This document shows positions 22,543-33,354 of a stretch of 64,000 nt of DNA, piece after piece (position 1 is the first letter of the stretch; each line of letters starts with the position of its first letter). The notes under the pieces were generated by a model. That model ran no database searches, was not told the origin of the DNA, and saw only the letters and a program-made list of their open reading frames with translations. Source of the stretch: Capsulimonadales bacterium (GTDB taxonomy: Bacteria; Armatimonadota; Armatimonadia; Armatimonadales; Armatimonadaceae); the NCBI GenBank assembly GCA_033762295.1, contig JANRLW010000057.1:8837-72836 (forward strand). The letters run 5' to 3'. The translations under genes and the position numbers were made by a program.

Positions 22543-23505
22543 CTACTTTCGGATCATCTGCTGCGCCCGGGACGATACCTTTTCGGAGAAGTAGGCGGGC
22601 AACGACGACAGGTTGAACATCATCCGCTCCCGCTGGTACTGTGCCGCCGACGCCCGGACGTCCTCCGGCAGAAACCGGCGGGCATAATGGGCATAGGTCG
22701 TGTCGGCATACAGCACATAGGCGGGGGTGATCAACCCGGCGCTCAGAAAAGCCGGGGTCAGAACCTCCCGATTCCACCAGAGCCGGTTATGCCAGAGGTG
22801 GCTCCAGAGATGGAGGCTGTAGACGCCTTCCATGTCGGTATGGTTCTCGAAAAAGATCCGTTTCAGGTCCGTCGTGGTATAGGAGAGGTGAAAAAAAGAT
22901 CGCTGCGGTTCGACATGTACCTGGTCGGGATACTGTCGGCTCAGGCGAAACGGCAACAGGGTGGAGTGGGCGTTCCACGTACCGTCGAACCCGGTTTCCA
23001 TCTGATCCAGCCATGTTTTCAGGAACGGCGCGTCCGGTTCGCCCATCATCCAGGCATTACAGAGCGACCCTTCCGACTTTCGCTGCCCGTCCGCGGTGTA
23101 CTCCGGCGCCTCCTCGCCCATCACAAACGATTTCTCGAAGAGCGATGCCGGAAGCGGGGCGATAAACAGGGTATCCATATCGGCGTAGACTCCGCCGTAA
23201 CGGAGCAACATCTCCATCCGGGTGAAGTCCGAAAGGTGGGCGTAACGCCATCCCGCCAGTTCCTTATTCTGATACTTGTACTCCGCCATGAAACTGTTCG
23301 GAGTGATCGGGTTCAGAGTCAGATGCGGTTTGATCCGCTCCCACCACTCCCCCCAGGGTTCGTTCTGATAGTGGAAATAGATCTTCTCCGGCCGGTTGAC
23401 ATCCAGACACGATTTCAGGCAGAGATAAAAGAGAAGATGGAACGGTTCCGTTTGCGGCCGCAGACCGAACACAAAGTGGAAGACATTCGGAACTCGATTT
23501 GCCAT
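22543..23505 (-). CDS. DXD-motif glycosyltransferase (GT32/Gly_transf_sug-like)
   Basis: VPNVFHFVF, AHLSDFTRMEMLLRYGGVYADMD. Confidence 0.88.
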   Translation of the reverse strand: MANRVPNVFHFVFGLRPQTEPFHLLFYLCLKSCLDVNRPEKIYFHYQNEPWGEWWERIKPHLTLNPITPNSFMAEYKYQNKELAGWRYAHLSDFTRMEMLLRYGGVYADMDTLFIAPLPASLFEKSFVMGEEAPEYTADGQRKSEGSLCNAWMMGEPDAPFLKTWLDQMETGFDGTWNAHSTLLPFRLSRQYPDQVHVEPQRSFFHLSYTTTDLKRIFFENHTDMEGVYSLHLWSHLWHNRLWWNREVLTPAFLSAGLITPAYVLYADTTYAHYARRFLPEDVRASAAQYQRERMMFNLSSLPAYFSEKVSSRAQQMIRK

Positions 23506-23562
23506 TTTTCCTTCCTTCGCGGGGCCGTCGTATTACCTTATGTTACCCGGATCGACGCCACG

Positions 23563-24357
23563 CTACACCGTCGCCGGTCCGTCGATCCGGCAGAACACGT
23601 ACTCCCCCGACCGCACGAGCCGGGTACGATAGGGTTTGAGCGCCTCGAAAAAGACCCGTTCGCAATCGGCATCGTGCAGTTCGATGATGATATTCCGTGT
23701 CCGCCGAAGCCAATCCTCATACCCCCGGCGAAACAGCACCCTCTCCGAATACTCGATATCGATCTTCAGCAGATCGATCCGGGGAAATCCGAAATCCGCC
23801 ATCAGGGTGTCGATATCGACCGCCTCGACATCGGCTTCCTCGCCCGGACGGAGTTCTCGCACCATAACCCCCCAGTCGGCCACGCCATCCCGGTCCCGGT
23901 CGGATAACTTCAACCCGGTCGCGGTCGGCCAGATTCCCTTTCGCACACAGGCGATCCGGTCCCGATAGGGCGCGGTATTCCGCTCCAATGCCCTGCAGTT
24001 CCGCGCATCCGGTTCGACCGCAACAATCCGCGCCTCGGGAAAGAGATGGGAAAACAGTACGGAGGCATAGCCGACGTTCGCACCGCAATCGATCACATAG
24101 CGAACGTCGGGGAGGGTGCCGACGATATCGTACTCGCCGAAAAGAAAAATCTGTCCGAACACGCGGCGATCGCTACTGTTTTCACGGGCAAAGACGGGAT
24201 GACGCAGGCCCCGCGAATGCAGCGCGTACCACTCCTCCTCCCCGGATTTCCCCCGACCGCCCGGCCACCGGTTGATCCGGCCTTCCGTTCGAAACTCCAG
24301 CGCTCCCAGAATGCCCAGACGCGCGACCATCTTCCGCCAGAAGACCGTATCCATCAC
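23563..24357 (-). CDS. FkbM-family methyltransferase
   Basis: IDCGANVGY, VEPD, IDLLKIDIE. Confidence 0.92.
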   Translation of the reverse strand: MMDTVFWRKMVARLGILGALEFRTEGRINRWPGGRGKSGEEEWYALHSRGLRHPVFARENSSDRRVFGQIFLFGEYDIVGTLPDVRYVIDCGANVGYASVLFSHLFPEARIVAVEPDARNCRALERNTAPYRDRIACVRKGIWPTATGLKLSDRDRDGVADWGVMVRELRPGEEADVEAVDIDTLMADFGFPRIDLLKIDIEYSERVLFRRGYEDWLRRTRNIIIELHDADCERVFFEALKPYRTRLVRSGEYVFCRIDGPATV

Positions 24358-24367
24358 GCTGCAACGA

Positions 24368-25639
24368 TCAGCGGTCGATATCGCCGAGAACGATATCGAT
24401 CGAACCGATCATCGCGACGACGTCGGCGACCATCCGACCCTCGACCATCTTCGGCAACGCCTGCAGGTTAAAAAACGACGGTCCCTTGATCTTGACCCGG
24501 TACGGCCGGTTCGAGCCGTCGGAAACCACATAATAGGCCTTTTCGCCGCGCGGCCCTTCCACCGCTCCGATGGCCTCGCCGACCGGGGGATGGTAGCCTT
24601 CGGTGAAAAGCTTGAAGTGGTGGATCAGCGCCTCCATCGACGTGTCGAGTTCCTCACGGGGCGGGGGAGCGATTTTGCGGTCGGAGGTGCGAACCGGCGC
24701 CGCCGCGCCCAGGGCATTCACCCGGTCCCAGGCCTGAAGGCAAATCCGGTGCGACTGCCGTAACTCCTCCATCCGGACGCGGTAACGGTCGTAGACGTCC
24801 CCGTAAGTGCCGACGGCGATATCGAAATCGAACTCCTCGTAGCGGCTATACGGGTTGGCCTTGCGCAGGTCGAGGGCCACGCCGGAGGCCCGCAGGCTCG
24901 GTCCCGCCATGCCGAACGAGATCGCCTCCTCCGGTGTCAGAATACCGATGCCGCGCGTTCGCTCGATCCAGATCGGATTGTTCGTCAGCAGCGTCTCGTA
25001 CATTTCGATCCGGGGCGGGAAGTACCCGAGGAACTCCTTGCAACGTTCCATCCATCCGGTCGGCGGTTGACCGCGCAGACCGCCCGGACAGATCCAGGAG
25101 GTTTTGGTGCGGACGCCCGAAAGATGCTCCTTCAGTTCCAGAATGCGATCGCGATCCTGCCACGTATAGAAGAAGACGCTCATCGCGCCGATATCGAGCG
25201 CATGGGTGCCGAGCCAGAGCATATGCGAGGCGATCCGCTCCAGTTCGTTCAGAAGAACGCGCAGGTACTGGGCCTTCGGCGGGATACTGACATTCATCAG
25301 CTTCTCCACCGCCAGCGAGTAGGCCAGATTATTGCAGAGGTTGGAGAGATAGTCCTCGCGGTCGGTGAGAACCAGCGCCTTGTAATAGGACAGGTTCTCC
25401 ATCGTCTTCTCGATCCCGGTATGCAGATAGCCGATATGGGGTGTACACTTGACGACCGTCTCGCCGTCCAGTTCCAGCACCAGGCGGAGAACGCCGTGGG
25501 TGGAGGGGTGGGACGGCCCCATGTTGATCGTCATCAGCTCCTGGTCGGCCTCGGCGTCGTAGTACCGTTCCAGTTCGATGCCCGCCGGCATTCCCTGCCC
25601 GCTCTTGAATTCCGTCGGTTTGGCCAGACTGAGTGTCAT
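24368..25639 (-). CDS. nuoD: NADH-quinone oxidoreductase subunit D
   Basis: NMGPSHPSTHGVLRL, ALIHHFKL, DIVLGDIDR. Confidence 0.97.
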   Translation of the reverse strand: MTLSLAKPTEFKSGQGMPAGIELERYYDAEADQELMTINMGPSHPSTHGVLRLVLELDGETVVKCTPHIGYLHTGIEKTMENLSYYKALVLTDREDYLSNLCNNLAYSLAVEKLMNVSIPPKAQYLRVLLNELERIASHMLWLGTHALDIGAMSVFFYTWQDRDRILELKEHLSGVRTKTSWICPGGLRGQPPTGWMERCKEFLGYFPPRIEMYETLLTNNPIWIERTRGIGILTPEEAISFGMAGPSLRASGVALDLRKANPYSRYEEFDFDIAVGTYGDVYDRYRVRMEELRQSHRICLQAWDRVNALGAAAPVRTSDRKIAPPPREELDTSMEALIHHFKLFTEGYHPPVGEAIGAVEGPRGEKAYYVVSDGSNRPYRVKIKGPSFFNLQALPKMVEGRMVADVVAMIGSIDIVLGDIDR

Positions 25640-25659
25640 TGGTTTCTCGTTCGTTCGGT

Positions 25660-26325
25660 TTAGTGCTTGACGCCGATATCGACGCGGGGCGCGCCCGCTC
25701 CCTGCGTTTCGGGCTTCTTTTCCTGCTCACGGACGTTGTGCGAGAACTCCACCTCCTCGCCGCCGAGCGGGAAATCCTTCCGTAACGGATGCCCGACCCA
25801 GTCATCCGGCATCAGCAGACGGCGCAGGTCCGGATGGTCGTTGAAGGTGATCCCGAACAGGTCATAGATTTCCCGTTCGGGCCAGTTGGCGGCGGGCCAG
25901 ACACCGGTCACCGTGTCGATCGTCGGGTCGTCCTCGTCCACCTGCGCCTTGATGACGATCCGGCGGTAGGTGGCGATGGAGTACAGTGAGTAGACCACCT
26001 CGAAGCGCGGTTCCCGGTCGAAGCCGTAGAGGTCGATGCCGAGGATGTCGGAGACGAGTTTGTAAGCGGTCGTCGGATCGTCCCGGAGCAGGGTCAGCAT
26101 CTCGACGATACGCTCCTTCCGGACCGTGATGAAGTCCTGATCACGATACCGTTTGGCGGCGACGATCTCGTCCCCGAAACCGTTGTCGACCAGCAGTTTG
26201 AACTCCGGCGAGATATCGGGGTTCAGATTGAACTCCTCCAGCTTCGCCAGATCGCTCTTGAAGGTCCGGTTGCGAATCGCCAGGTCGGAGCCGGAAAGGC
26301 CCAGTCGAACGTCCGTATCTACCAT
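25660..26325 (-). CDS. nuoC: NADH-quinone oxidoreductase subunit C
   Basis: ANWPEREIYDLFGI, HPDLRRLLMP, GHPLRKDFP. Confidence 0.96.
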   Translation of the reverse strand: MVDTDVRLGLSGSDLAIRNRTFKSDLAKLEEFNLNPDISPEFKLLVDNGFGDEIVAAKRYRDQDFITVRKERIVEMLTLLRDDPTTAYKLVSDILGIDLYGFDREPRFEVVYSLYSIATYRRIVIKAQVDEDDPTIDTVTGVWPAANWPEREIYDLFGITFNDHPDLRRLLMPDDWVGHPLRKDFPLGGEEVEFSHNVREQEKKPETQGAGAPRVDIGVKH

Positions 26326-26338
26326 AATAGGTTTTCGC

Positions 26339-26827
26339 TTATCTTCGGTAAGAGAACTGCTCGTTATCGATCTTCTTCTGTAGCTGCATGATCGCGTAGA
26401 TCAGGGCGTCGGGTGACGGCGGGCAGCCGGGAACGTAAATATCCACCGGGACGATCTGATCGACGCCCTGCACCACCGCGTAATTGTTGAAAACGCCGCC
26501 GTTGGAGGCGCAGTCTCCCATGGCGATCACCCATTTGGGATCGGGCATCTGGTCGTACACCTGCCGTAGCACCGGAGCCATCTTCTTGCAGACGCGCCCG
26601 GAGACGATCATGACGTCGGCCTGACGCGGGGAGGCGCGAAACGCCTCGGACCCGAAGCGGGCCAGGTCGAACCGGCTGTCGGTCGAGGCCATCATCTCGA
26701 TCGCGCAACATGCCAGACCGAACGTCGCCGGCCACAGCGAGTTGCGCCGCGCCCAGTTCACCAGCTTATTGGCGGAGGCCAGCAGGAATGGCTGCTGTGT
26801 CTCCGTTCCCAGGGATGCACCCGCCAT
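26339..26827 (-). CDS. nuoB: NADH-quinone oxidoreductase subunit B
   Basis: [25 protein letters not shown]. Confidence 0.97.
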   Translation of the reverse strand: MAGASLGTETQQPFLLASANKLVNWARRNSLWPATFGLACCAIEMMASTDSRFDLARFGSEAFRASPRQADVMIVSGRVCKKMAPVLRQVYDQMPDPKWVIAMGDCASNGGVFNNYAVVQGVDQIVPVDIYVPGCPPSPDALIYAIMQLQKKIDNEQFSYRR

Positions 26828-26852
26828 TACACCAAACCTCCTTCGAGATCGT

Positions 26853-27245
26853 CTACTCCCACTCGAACGCGCCCCGCTTCCAAACGTAAAAGTAACCGAT
26901 GAACAGAATGATGATGAACACCAGCATTTCGAACAGGTTGAACACCATCATCGAACCGCTCGACTGATACATCACCGCCCACGGGTACAGAAAGACCGAC
27001 TCGATATCGAACACGATAAAGAGCATGGCGGTCAGATAGAATTTGATCGGGAATCGTTCGCGGGCCGAACCGATCGGAGTGACCCCGCATTCATAGGGAG
27101 CGTTCTTCTGGGGCGTCGGCCGGCGCGGGCCGAGCACGAAGGACAGCCCGATCAGGGCTCCGACCAGAATGATCGCGACAACTCCCATGACGAGAACGGG
27201 TATGTAGCTATTGAGCAGCGAGTGGGCCGCAGGCAGCGTTTCCAT
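26853..27245 (-). CDS. nuoA: NADH-quinone oxidoreductase subunit A
   Basis: [27 protein letters not shown]. Confidence 0.97.
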   Translation of the reverse strand: METLPAAHSLLNSYIPVLVMGVVAIILVGALIGLSFVLGPRRPTPQKNAPYECGVTPIGSARERFPIKFYLTAMLFIVFDIESVFLYPWAVMYQSSGSMMVFNLFEMLVFIIILFIGYFYVWKRGAFEWE

Positions 27246-27352
27246 AAGTTTCCCGGAACCTGTTCACCGAGGTGTCCCCGGTCTCCTGCCGCCTCGGCGG
27301 CTCCGACCGTGACTCCGACTTTGAGAAGTTTATCACAAACCGGGAAAAGCCG

Positions 27353-27547
27353 TCAAACCAGGTCGTTCTTTCGCTCCTCGCGGGCGAACTCGACCTCCGT
27401 TCCCACCCGGAGTTCCGCCCGTGACTCCGGCGCGATCGCCGAAAAGTGCACGAAAACATCCCTGCGCCGGCCGGTCTCGATGAAGCCGTATCCCTTTTCG
27501 GGGTTGAACCACTTCACCTTTCCCCGATACGTCCTGACGGACGTCAT
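27353..27547 (-). CDS. cold-shock domain protein, C-terminally shortened
   Basis: [24 protein letters not shown]; ends [13 protein letters not shown] without the usual final strand. Confidence 0.8.
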   Translation of the reverse strand: MTSVRTYRGKVKWFNPEKGYGFIETGRRRDVFVHFSAIAPESRAELRVGTEVEFAREERKNDLV

Positions 27548-27639
27548 TTCCTCTTCCTCAGTCATTTGCACACGTCCCCCACGCGTTTCGCGGGACTTAT
27601 CCCGGCCCATTGTACCGCCAATCCGCATTTTCACGGAAC

Positions 27640-28716
27640 CTACGACGAGACGGTTTCGCGATACGTTTCGGTCAGCGTCCGTGCGGCGCGGGGACCACCG
27701 TCGGTCCGCTCCGGAGGGATCGCGCCGCGCGGGGAAACGGCGTCCAGCGCGGCGCGCCACATCACGGTCGAAAACGCTTCCGGCGTCAAAAGGATGCCCC
27801 CCGGCCAGACGGAAAGCGTCGCGTGCAGAGCCCGGTACTCGGCAAAGGCGGGACGGGGCGGATAAAGGAGCGGCGTTCCCGCCCGCAGGCACTCTCCGCA
27901 AATGCCGTAGCCCGGCTTGCTGATTACGGCGTCGACCGACGCCACCAGATCGGGATGCGCCATTCGTTCCCGGCTCAACACCGTCCAGTTCCCCGGAACG
28001 ATCGGGGGCGGGTCCAGCGAGAGAAAATGCCAGTCGGGAAACGCGGTCACCCGCTCATACTCGATCGGCAGTCCCCACCCGCCCACATACACCAGGGCGA
28101 TCCGACGCTCCCGCGCCTCCGGGGGCAGGAAGGCGAGGAGTTCGTCACGGCGATCAACGCCCGGACGGGCGACGACCCCGACCGATAGGGTACACGGGAA
28201 GAAGGGCATCGAGAGCGAGAACCCGGGTTCCAGGTGCAGGGTCGCCTTCGCATACTCCTCGGTCAGTTCGTCGGCGATGGCGGCGAAGCCCGGTTCCTCG
28301 GCGGCGAACGCCCGGTAGATGTCGGCCCAGGTGAAGTTGGCGACGCACACGGACGGAATGTCGAGCGCCGCCGCGACCGTGAGCGGAAACGACGGCACAT
28401 CGGTCAGGATCAGGCGGGCGTTCCGTTCGCGCAGGTCGGCGACTTCGGTGGCGATCCGTTCGCGATTCCGCGCGGCGACGGCATTCCAGGCGGCCAGCGT
28501 CGCCGATACGTCGATATCGATCCCGTTTCGCTGAACGCAGCCGACGTCGAACGCCTCGGCGACCAGATCGAAGGACCGGGCCAGTTCCGTCCGCCAGAAA
28601 CGTTCCGGCGCGACGGTTTTGACGGTGAGCGGGATTTCCGGCGGAAGGTGCCGCAGAATCTCGATTTCGCGAGTGGAATGTCCGAGTCCATGCCCGGAAA
28701 CATAGGCGATCAGCAT
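27640..28716 (-). CDS. GT-B fold glycosyltransferase-like protein (resembles L-arabinokinase N-terminal domain family)
   Basis: [32 protein letters not shown]. Confidence 0.8.
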   Translation of the reverse strand: MLIAYVSGHGLGHSTREIEILRHLPPEIPLTVKTVAPERFWRTELARSFDLVAEAFDVGCVQRNGIDIDVSATLAAWNAVAARNRERIATEVADLRERNARLILTDVPSFPLTVAAALDIPSVCVANFTWADIYRAFAAEEPGFAAIADELTEEYAKATLHLEPGFSLSMPFFPCTLSVGVVARPGVDRRDELLAFLPPEARERRIALVYVGGWGLPIEYERVTAFPDWHFLSLDPPPIVPGNWTVLSRERMAHPDLVASVDAVISKPGYGICGECLRAGTPLLYPPRPAFAEYRALHATLSVWPGGILLTPEAFSTVMWRAALDAVSPRGAIPPERTDGGPRAARTLTETYRETVSS

Positions 28717-28959
28717 CCCATCCTCCCATAACAAAGGCCGCCCGATCCCCCGGGCGGCCTGTTTTCCTGACGTCCCCTTACCAGCCGCGCGTGGCCAGCG
28801 TCTCGTTCTCGTCGAGCATCCGGATATCGATTCCGACCATCGGTTCGCCGAGGCCGGTGCTGATCTCGACCAGCTTATCGAAATCGTTGTAGTAGGTCAC
28901 CGCATCGACGATACGCTTCGCCCGCTCAGCCGGGTCGCCGGACTTGAAGATCCCGGAGC
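28671..28959. repeat. left direct repeat (att-like), copy of 34343..34631
   Basis: Offset 5672 nt; covers pdxS 3' end, terminator and start of GT gene. Confidence 0.95.
28778..28959 (-). pseudogene. pdxS: displaced 3' fragment of pdxS
   Basis: [26 protein letters not shown]...ATRGW; 2 mismatches seen versus intact gene; no 5' part. Confidence 0.92.
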
Positions 28960-28974
28960 AATGTTGGGAACCCG

Positions 28975-29060
28975 ATGCTAACTGCCGAGGCACTGGAGGC
29001 CTATGTGGAACTGCATTTATCCCTTGGGCGCGGGGAAAGGGGGACAGTCTTATTGCGGCA
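28975..29060 (+). pseudogene. possible frameshifted PIN/VapC toxin remnant
   Basis: Two frames give [15 protein letters not shown] / GKGDSLIAA, resembling PIN motif LSHGLxxxDALIAA. Confidence 0.3.
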
Positions 29061-29076
29061 CAAAACGAACACGATA

Positions 29077-29101
29077 GGGAGGGCGAAATGCTCGCCCTCC
29101 C
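29077..29101 (-). terminator. hairpin ending the island operon
   Basis: gggagggcga-aatgc-tcgccctccc, 20 nt past stop of 29121..29942. Confidence 0.7.
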
Positions 29102-29120
29102 AAACCTTGGTGTGTTATCT

Positions 29121-29942
29121 CTATTTCTGTAAGGTGAGCGTCCCGCTTCCTGTCGCGCCCATTGCCGAGGCGGTGATCGTCCATGGACCGTCCGCTACCA
29201 GTAGCCATGTTACGTTTTGTAAACTAATTCGAGCGTAACCGTCCGCTTCCGTCGTCACTCGCACTGTATACTCTTTACCTTGCCTGTTTGGAATGCGAAA
29301 CGTGACCGTCTTGCCGTTCACTCCCTTGTCTCCGTAAGTCAGGCGGGCTTCCAGACCGACATTGCCGTAATATTTCACGACGGTGTTGGCGTCGTAAAAC
29401 ACGGCATCCGACACTTCGAGTTTATACTGTTGGTTAGGGATGGACGGGCCGCCGCCTAAGTAAGTTTGGCGGGAACGGACGGTCATGCGGCTTGTTAAAG
29501 TCTTCTTTTTTGTCTGGGGATCGCCGTCATAGATTGCCTGAAGAGGAACCTGCCGCGCGTTGGGCTTCGCGTTGGGCGTGGTGGCGGGGACAGTGTCTTC
29601 CGGGATTTTATAGCGATAACGAATCTGTCCTGTCCCGTCCGTCGGTTCCCGGTTGATTTCCTGCCCGTCAAAGAGGAGGCGGACGACTTTGTTCGGGATG
29701 CCCGAATGCGTTCTGGTATTGGTCAGTAGAATAGTGAACTCGACTTCCTGACCCACTGTTGCCTTCGTGGGACTCCGCTTCAACTTCAAATGGGTAGTGT
29801 CGGGTTTCGACGGGGTCTGAGCGCGACATAGGCCCGCCGTAAGGAACAGGCTCAGGACACACCCAAGAAACAGCATCGCCCACAGGGCGGTAGGACGCCG
29901 ACAAGACCAAAGACCAAGGCGGGCGATGACGGAATAGTGCAT
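29121..29942 (-). CDS. secreted protein with two Ig-like (Big_1/invasin-like) modules
   Basis: Signal peptide; [26 protein letters not shown] and [22 protein letters not shown]. Confidence 0.7.
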   Translation of the reverse strand: MHYSVIARLGLWSCRRPTALWAMLFLGCVLSLFLTAGLCRAQTPSKPDTTHLKLKRSPTKATVGQEVEFTILLTNTRTHSGIPNKVVRLLFDGQEINREPTDGTGQIRYRYKIPEDTVPATTPNAKPNARQVPLQAIYDGDPQTKKKTLTSRMTVRSRQTYLGGGPSIPNQQYKLEVSDAVFYDANTVVKYYGNVGLEARLTYGDKGVNGKTVTFRIPNRQGKEYTVRVTTEADGYARISLQNVTWLLVADGPWTITASAMGATGSGTLTLQK

Positions 29943-29956
29943 CTATTTGTCTCCGT

Positions 29957-30817
29957 TCACTTCTTTTTTTCTTGTTGGGGCAGCGGCATCGTTGGCCAGA
30001 GGACAATAGTACCACTCTTTACCTGAAAGCCCTTTGCAGGACGAACAGTGATTGTCTTGTCGCTATGTCCGGTCACTTCCAGCCACAAATCCCTACTGTC
30101 GGGAGGCGTTATCGGTGTCGCGGAAGGTTCAACAATCCGGGCGGCGTCCGAACCTTCCCCGGCGGCGGATGGCGGGAGCAGGGTCAATTTTGTGCCCACC
30201 GGTGGCAGGTTTCCCTCGCCGCCCGCCAGAAGGATTTCATCGGTGTCAACGGTCAGGACGACGGTGGACCAGGGAGTTTCACCGAGAGCCGTCATCGCCT
30301 GACGCAAGGCGTTGTCCAGTGCGTCACTGACAGTCTTCCCCGACCCGGAACCGAATGGCCCACCGATAGTCGAGTTCCACTGCTTCTTTTTCTTTCCGGG
30401 ATACTCACGTTTCCTATTGAGGTAAGCATCGGCGACGATGATACGAATCGTCGCCTCCGTCTCCTCGCCATCAAGGAATAGTTTTTTCTTCTTTTTGCTG
30501 GTAAATTCGACGAACTCCGCCTCCAGATAGAAGCGCGGGAGGGCACTGGAGAAACCGTGATGCTTGACGGCGACCGCTTGTGTAGAGACGCCGATTTTCT
30601 CCGCTGTCTTCGGGGGAATCACCGCGCTCAGAGCGTTCACGGAAAGGCGGTCACGCAACAGGACGGGCAGGTTGAAATCAGCCTGGGTCGCCGGGTCGTC
30701 GCGCCGCGCTCGCCGGTGCGAGGGCATCGCGTTCCCAACGCAGAAGCCCATGAACGCCACCAGCAACGCGACAGCAATGCGATTCCGCAACAACAGGATT
30801 TCGTGCGTTCTCATCAT
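29957..30817 (-). CDS. secreted CsgG/HfaB-like protein with FlgT-C-like C-terminal domain
   Basis: Signal peptide; PWSTVVLTVDTDEILLAGGEG..VGTKLTL..LEVT; paralogous to C-half of 30814..32337. Confidence 0.55.
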   Translation of the reverse strand: MMRTHEILLLRNRIAVALLVAFMGFCVGNAMPSHRRARRDDPATQADFNLPVLLRDRLSVNALSAVIPPKTAEKIGVSTQAVAVKHHGFSSALPRFYLEAEFVEFTSKKKKKLFLDGEETEATIRIIVADAYLNRKREYPGKKKKQWNSTIGGPFGSGSGKTVSDALDNALRQAMTALGETPWSTVVLTVDTDEILLAGGEGNLPPVGTKLTLLPPSAAGEGSDAARIVEPSATPITPPDSRDLWLEVTGHSDKTITVRPAKGFQVKSGTIVLWPTMPLPQQEKKK

Positions 30818-32337
30818 AAGGCTCCCGGCTTTGGCGTGTCCGTTGTCTGGCGAAAGGCCAGCAAGCCGGGGACGATAGTGCCTTTGATCGGTTTGGCAGT
30901 GATAAAGTTTGCCTTGACCTCAGTCACTTCCGCCTCGCCGATATCTTTGCACTGAACGTCAATAATGATTTCCGGATTGCCGGGGTCTACGATGATGCGA
31001 CTTTTCTTGATTATCAGCCTGTCGCCCGCCTTCAGCGACGTGCCCTCGCCGCTGGAAAGGATGATTTCATCGTCGTTGGCCTGAAGCACTTTGAGCATCC
31101 AGTCCGCGCTCTGGATTTCTGGGAAGACTTCCTTTTCCAGCATTTTGCCCAATGCTTTACGAACCGCTCCGCCCTGCTCGGAGCGGAAGAGCATTTTCAG
31201 CACCGCTTTCTCCGTCGCACTATCCGCCTTCTGACCGCTGATTCCCCCCGTTGTCAGGTCTTGAATCACTTTATTCGCGCCTTCCAGCCCAGGTATTTTT
31301 ATCCCTGAAGGGTTGAATGTCTGGGACTTCTCTTTGGTCTGAAAGATGCGGTCATGACGAACGCCCGTGTAGGCGTCCACGAAGGTTGACATCAATTGAA
31401 TCGTGACCTTTGTTTCCGCTTGGCCGGGGATAGTAGACGTCGTGTCCGGCTTGAACTGGAGCAGGCGAGCCGAGACCCAGAAACGCGCTGGCTTTGGGGC
31501 GAAGTTGTCCTTCTTGACGGCCACGGCATCAGCAGATAAGCCAAGTTTTGCAAACGCTGGATCAAGCGGATTCTCACCCGTTGCTCTCTCCTTGAGGATT
31601 GTCCGCAGTTCGATTCCCATCTGGCTCGGCGCGGAGGATTGCGAAGGAGGCAATACTCCCGGCGGGGTCACCCCGACGGGAGTATCCACTTTCGTCTCTT
31701 CCTCATCCACTTTCGTCTCTTCCTCATCCGTTTTCGTCTTTTCCTCATCCGTAACAGGGGCGTCTTTCTGGGATGCGACGGGTTGGGTTGCGTCAGGATT
31801 AGTCGCAGCGGCGTTTGTCGCAGTCGGCACTGCGCTCGCCCCATCGGACGGCTCCTTTTCCTCTTCTTCAGGTTCTTGCTTGGGAACCGTGACCACAATG
31901 GTGAAACTGCGCCATTTGCGAATATGCAGATACCCGTCTTGCGGCTCTGTATCGCCGGAAAATGCCACCCGCCCGGTAATGTAAACCGTACTGGAGCGGA
32001 CGCCTTCAACCGTCTCTGACGGGATTGTCGCCTCGATTTCGGCCTGACCTTTCGCATCGGTTTCTGCCGAACCGATCTCTGTGTATTGTTTCCGGTTCCA
32101 GCGTGCCGAGAAGGTCAACTCCCGCTTCGCCATCGGCTTGCCCGCCTTCGACTTGAGCGAGGCCTTAATCTTGACGGTTTTACCCGCTGCCCCCGACGGA
32201 CTGCTGACCGTCAACGTCGGATAACCTGACCGCGCTTTCTGGGTTTGCGCGGTCGCTGGCAGATAATAGGTGGCGGTAATTGCTATTCCCAATAGAAAAT
32301 AGCAGCATACGTAAGCCGTTGATGGTATTCTCTTCAT
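30814..32337 (-). CDS. secreted protein: Ig-like domain, acidic linker, CsgG-like and FlgT-C-like domains
   Basis: GKTVKIKASL..PMAKRELTF..TDAKGQA; WMLKVLQANDDEIILSSGEGTSLKAGDRLII..IVDP..IGEAEVTEV. Confidence 0.65.
   Translation of the reverse strand: MKRIPSTAYVCCYFLLGIAITATYYLPATAQTQKARSGYPTLTVSSPSGAAGKTVKIKASLKSKAGKPMAKRELTFSARWNRKQYTEIGSAETDAKGQAEIEATIPSETVEGVRSSTVYITGRVAFSGDTEPQDGYLHIRKWRSFTIVVTVPKQEPEEEEKEPSDGASAVPTATNAAATNPDATQPVASQKDAPVTDEEKTKTDEEETKVDEEETKVDTPVGVTPPGVLPPSQSSAPSQMGIELRTILKERATGENPLDPAFAKLGLSADAVAVKKDNFAPKPARFWVSARLLQFKPDTTSTIPGQAETKVTIQLMSTFVDAYTGVRHDRIFQTKEKSQTFNPSGIKIPGLEGANKVIQDLTTGGISGQKADSATEKAVLKMLFRSEQGGAVRKALGKMLEKEVFPEIQSADWMLKVLQANDDEIILSSGEGTSLKAGDRLIIKKSRIIVDPGNPEIIIDVQCKDIGEAEVTEVKANFITAKPIKGTIVPGLLAFRQTTDTPKPGAL
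31686..31751. repeat. 21-nt tandem repeat x3 encoding DEE(E/K)TK(V/T)
   Basis: ccactttcgtctcttcctcat repeated within the linker. Confidence 0.8.
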
Positions 32338-32382
32338 CAGTATCCCTCTCCCTTCGTCAGATCGGTTGACTGCGGCCCTGCG

Positions 32383-32895
32383 CTACGGAGCCACGACACG
32401 GATTTTGCTAATGCGGTAACGCCCCTGGTATGTCTCCTCATTCACGGGGAGGGCATCGCCCGCGAACTCGATACGCAACTTTCGGTCGCCACGGGCCGCT
32501 TTTCGTGGGACATGGATATTGAACGTCGCAACGCCCTGAATGTCGGTATTGCCCGTGTAGCGGACATCATACTTATTGCCGGGGTAGGACTTCTTGTACC
32601 ATCGCACCAGAAAGACAATCTCACGCCCCGGCAACGGAACTGCCTCAAGTTTGCCGTTGATTCGTTTCTTTGTGTAGAGGGTAGCGGACACCTTGACTTT
32701 TTGCCCCCGTGTCCCCTCATAGGCACTTTGGGCACTGATGTACGAGGGTAATCCTGTCTTCAGGGACTGTGTGGTAGTGACTGCGCCAAAAGGTGGCTCA
32801 TCCTCATCGCTGGCAGACTGACTGCCAACGGCAACAGGCGTCAGCACTAAGAGCCAACCAATCACGAGGGTCGCGAGCCAATATAGTCTTAACAT
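32383..32895 (-). CDS. secreted single Ig-like module protein
   Basis: SD gaggaaagga then ATG 32895; signal peptide; GQKVKVSATL..PLPGREIVF..TDIQGVATF. Confidence 0.7.
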   Translation of the reverse strand: MLRLYWLATLVIGWLLVLTPVAVGSQSASDEDEPPFGAVTTTQSLKTGLPSYISAQSAYEGTRGQKVKVSATLYTKKRINGKLEAVPLPGREIVFLVRWYKKSYPGNKYDVRYTGNTDIQGVATFNIHVPRKAARGDRKLRIEFAGDALPVNEETYQGRYRISKIRVVAP

Positions 32896-33354
32896 ATTGT
32901 TTCCTTTCCTCGTGCCAAAAGAAAACACTGCAAGCTTCGCGGAGGCGACTGACTTGCGTAAAACGTTCGGTAAAGTAAAGAGAGAGTGCATGATAGCTGA
33001 TTTCTTTCAAGAGTTTGGCGATGTGAAATTCGGTCGGTTCGTAAATGCTGCAGGTTTACCGGTATAGTAAATGCCCCGTTACTACAAGACTGCCTCCTCT
33101 GTCTCGGCATCGGTCAGATCCGGACGGTACGTGACGATAATGTATACACGTTTATCCTCCCGTTGCCGTTGAAGGTGGACATCCCGACGCACGTGGCGGT
33201 CATAACAGCATGAAGGCGGTTCCTGCCCCGGCTTGTGTCTGTTGTGAAGGCCGTTGTCTCCTTCCTACCGCCCCATCTTGCCTCAACGCGCAACTTTGAC
33301 ACAAGTCGCGGTTTTCCGGGACAAAACTAACAAGACGAGGGAACGGGATGACAC

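Noticed and set aside
33080..33180. Minus-strand peptide YIIVTYRPDLTDAETEEAV resembling an IS5 transposase start or ribosomal S6
   Set aside because: Too short, stops immediately, and no terminal inverted repeats were seen
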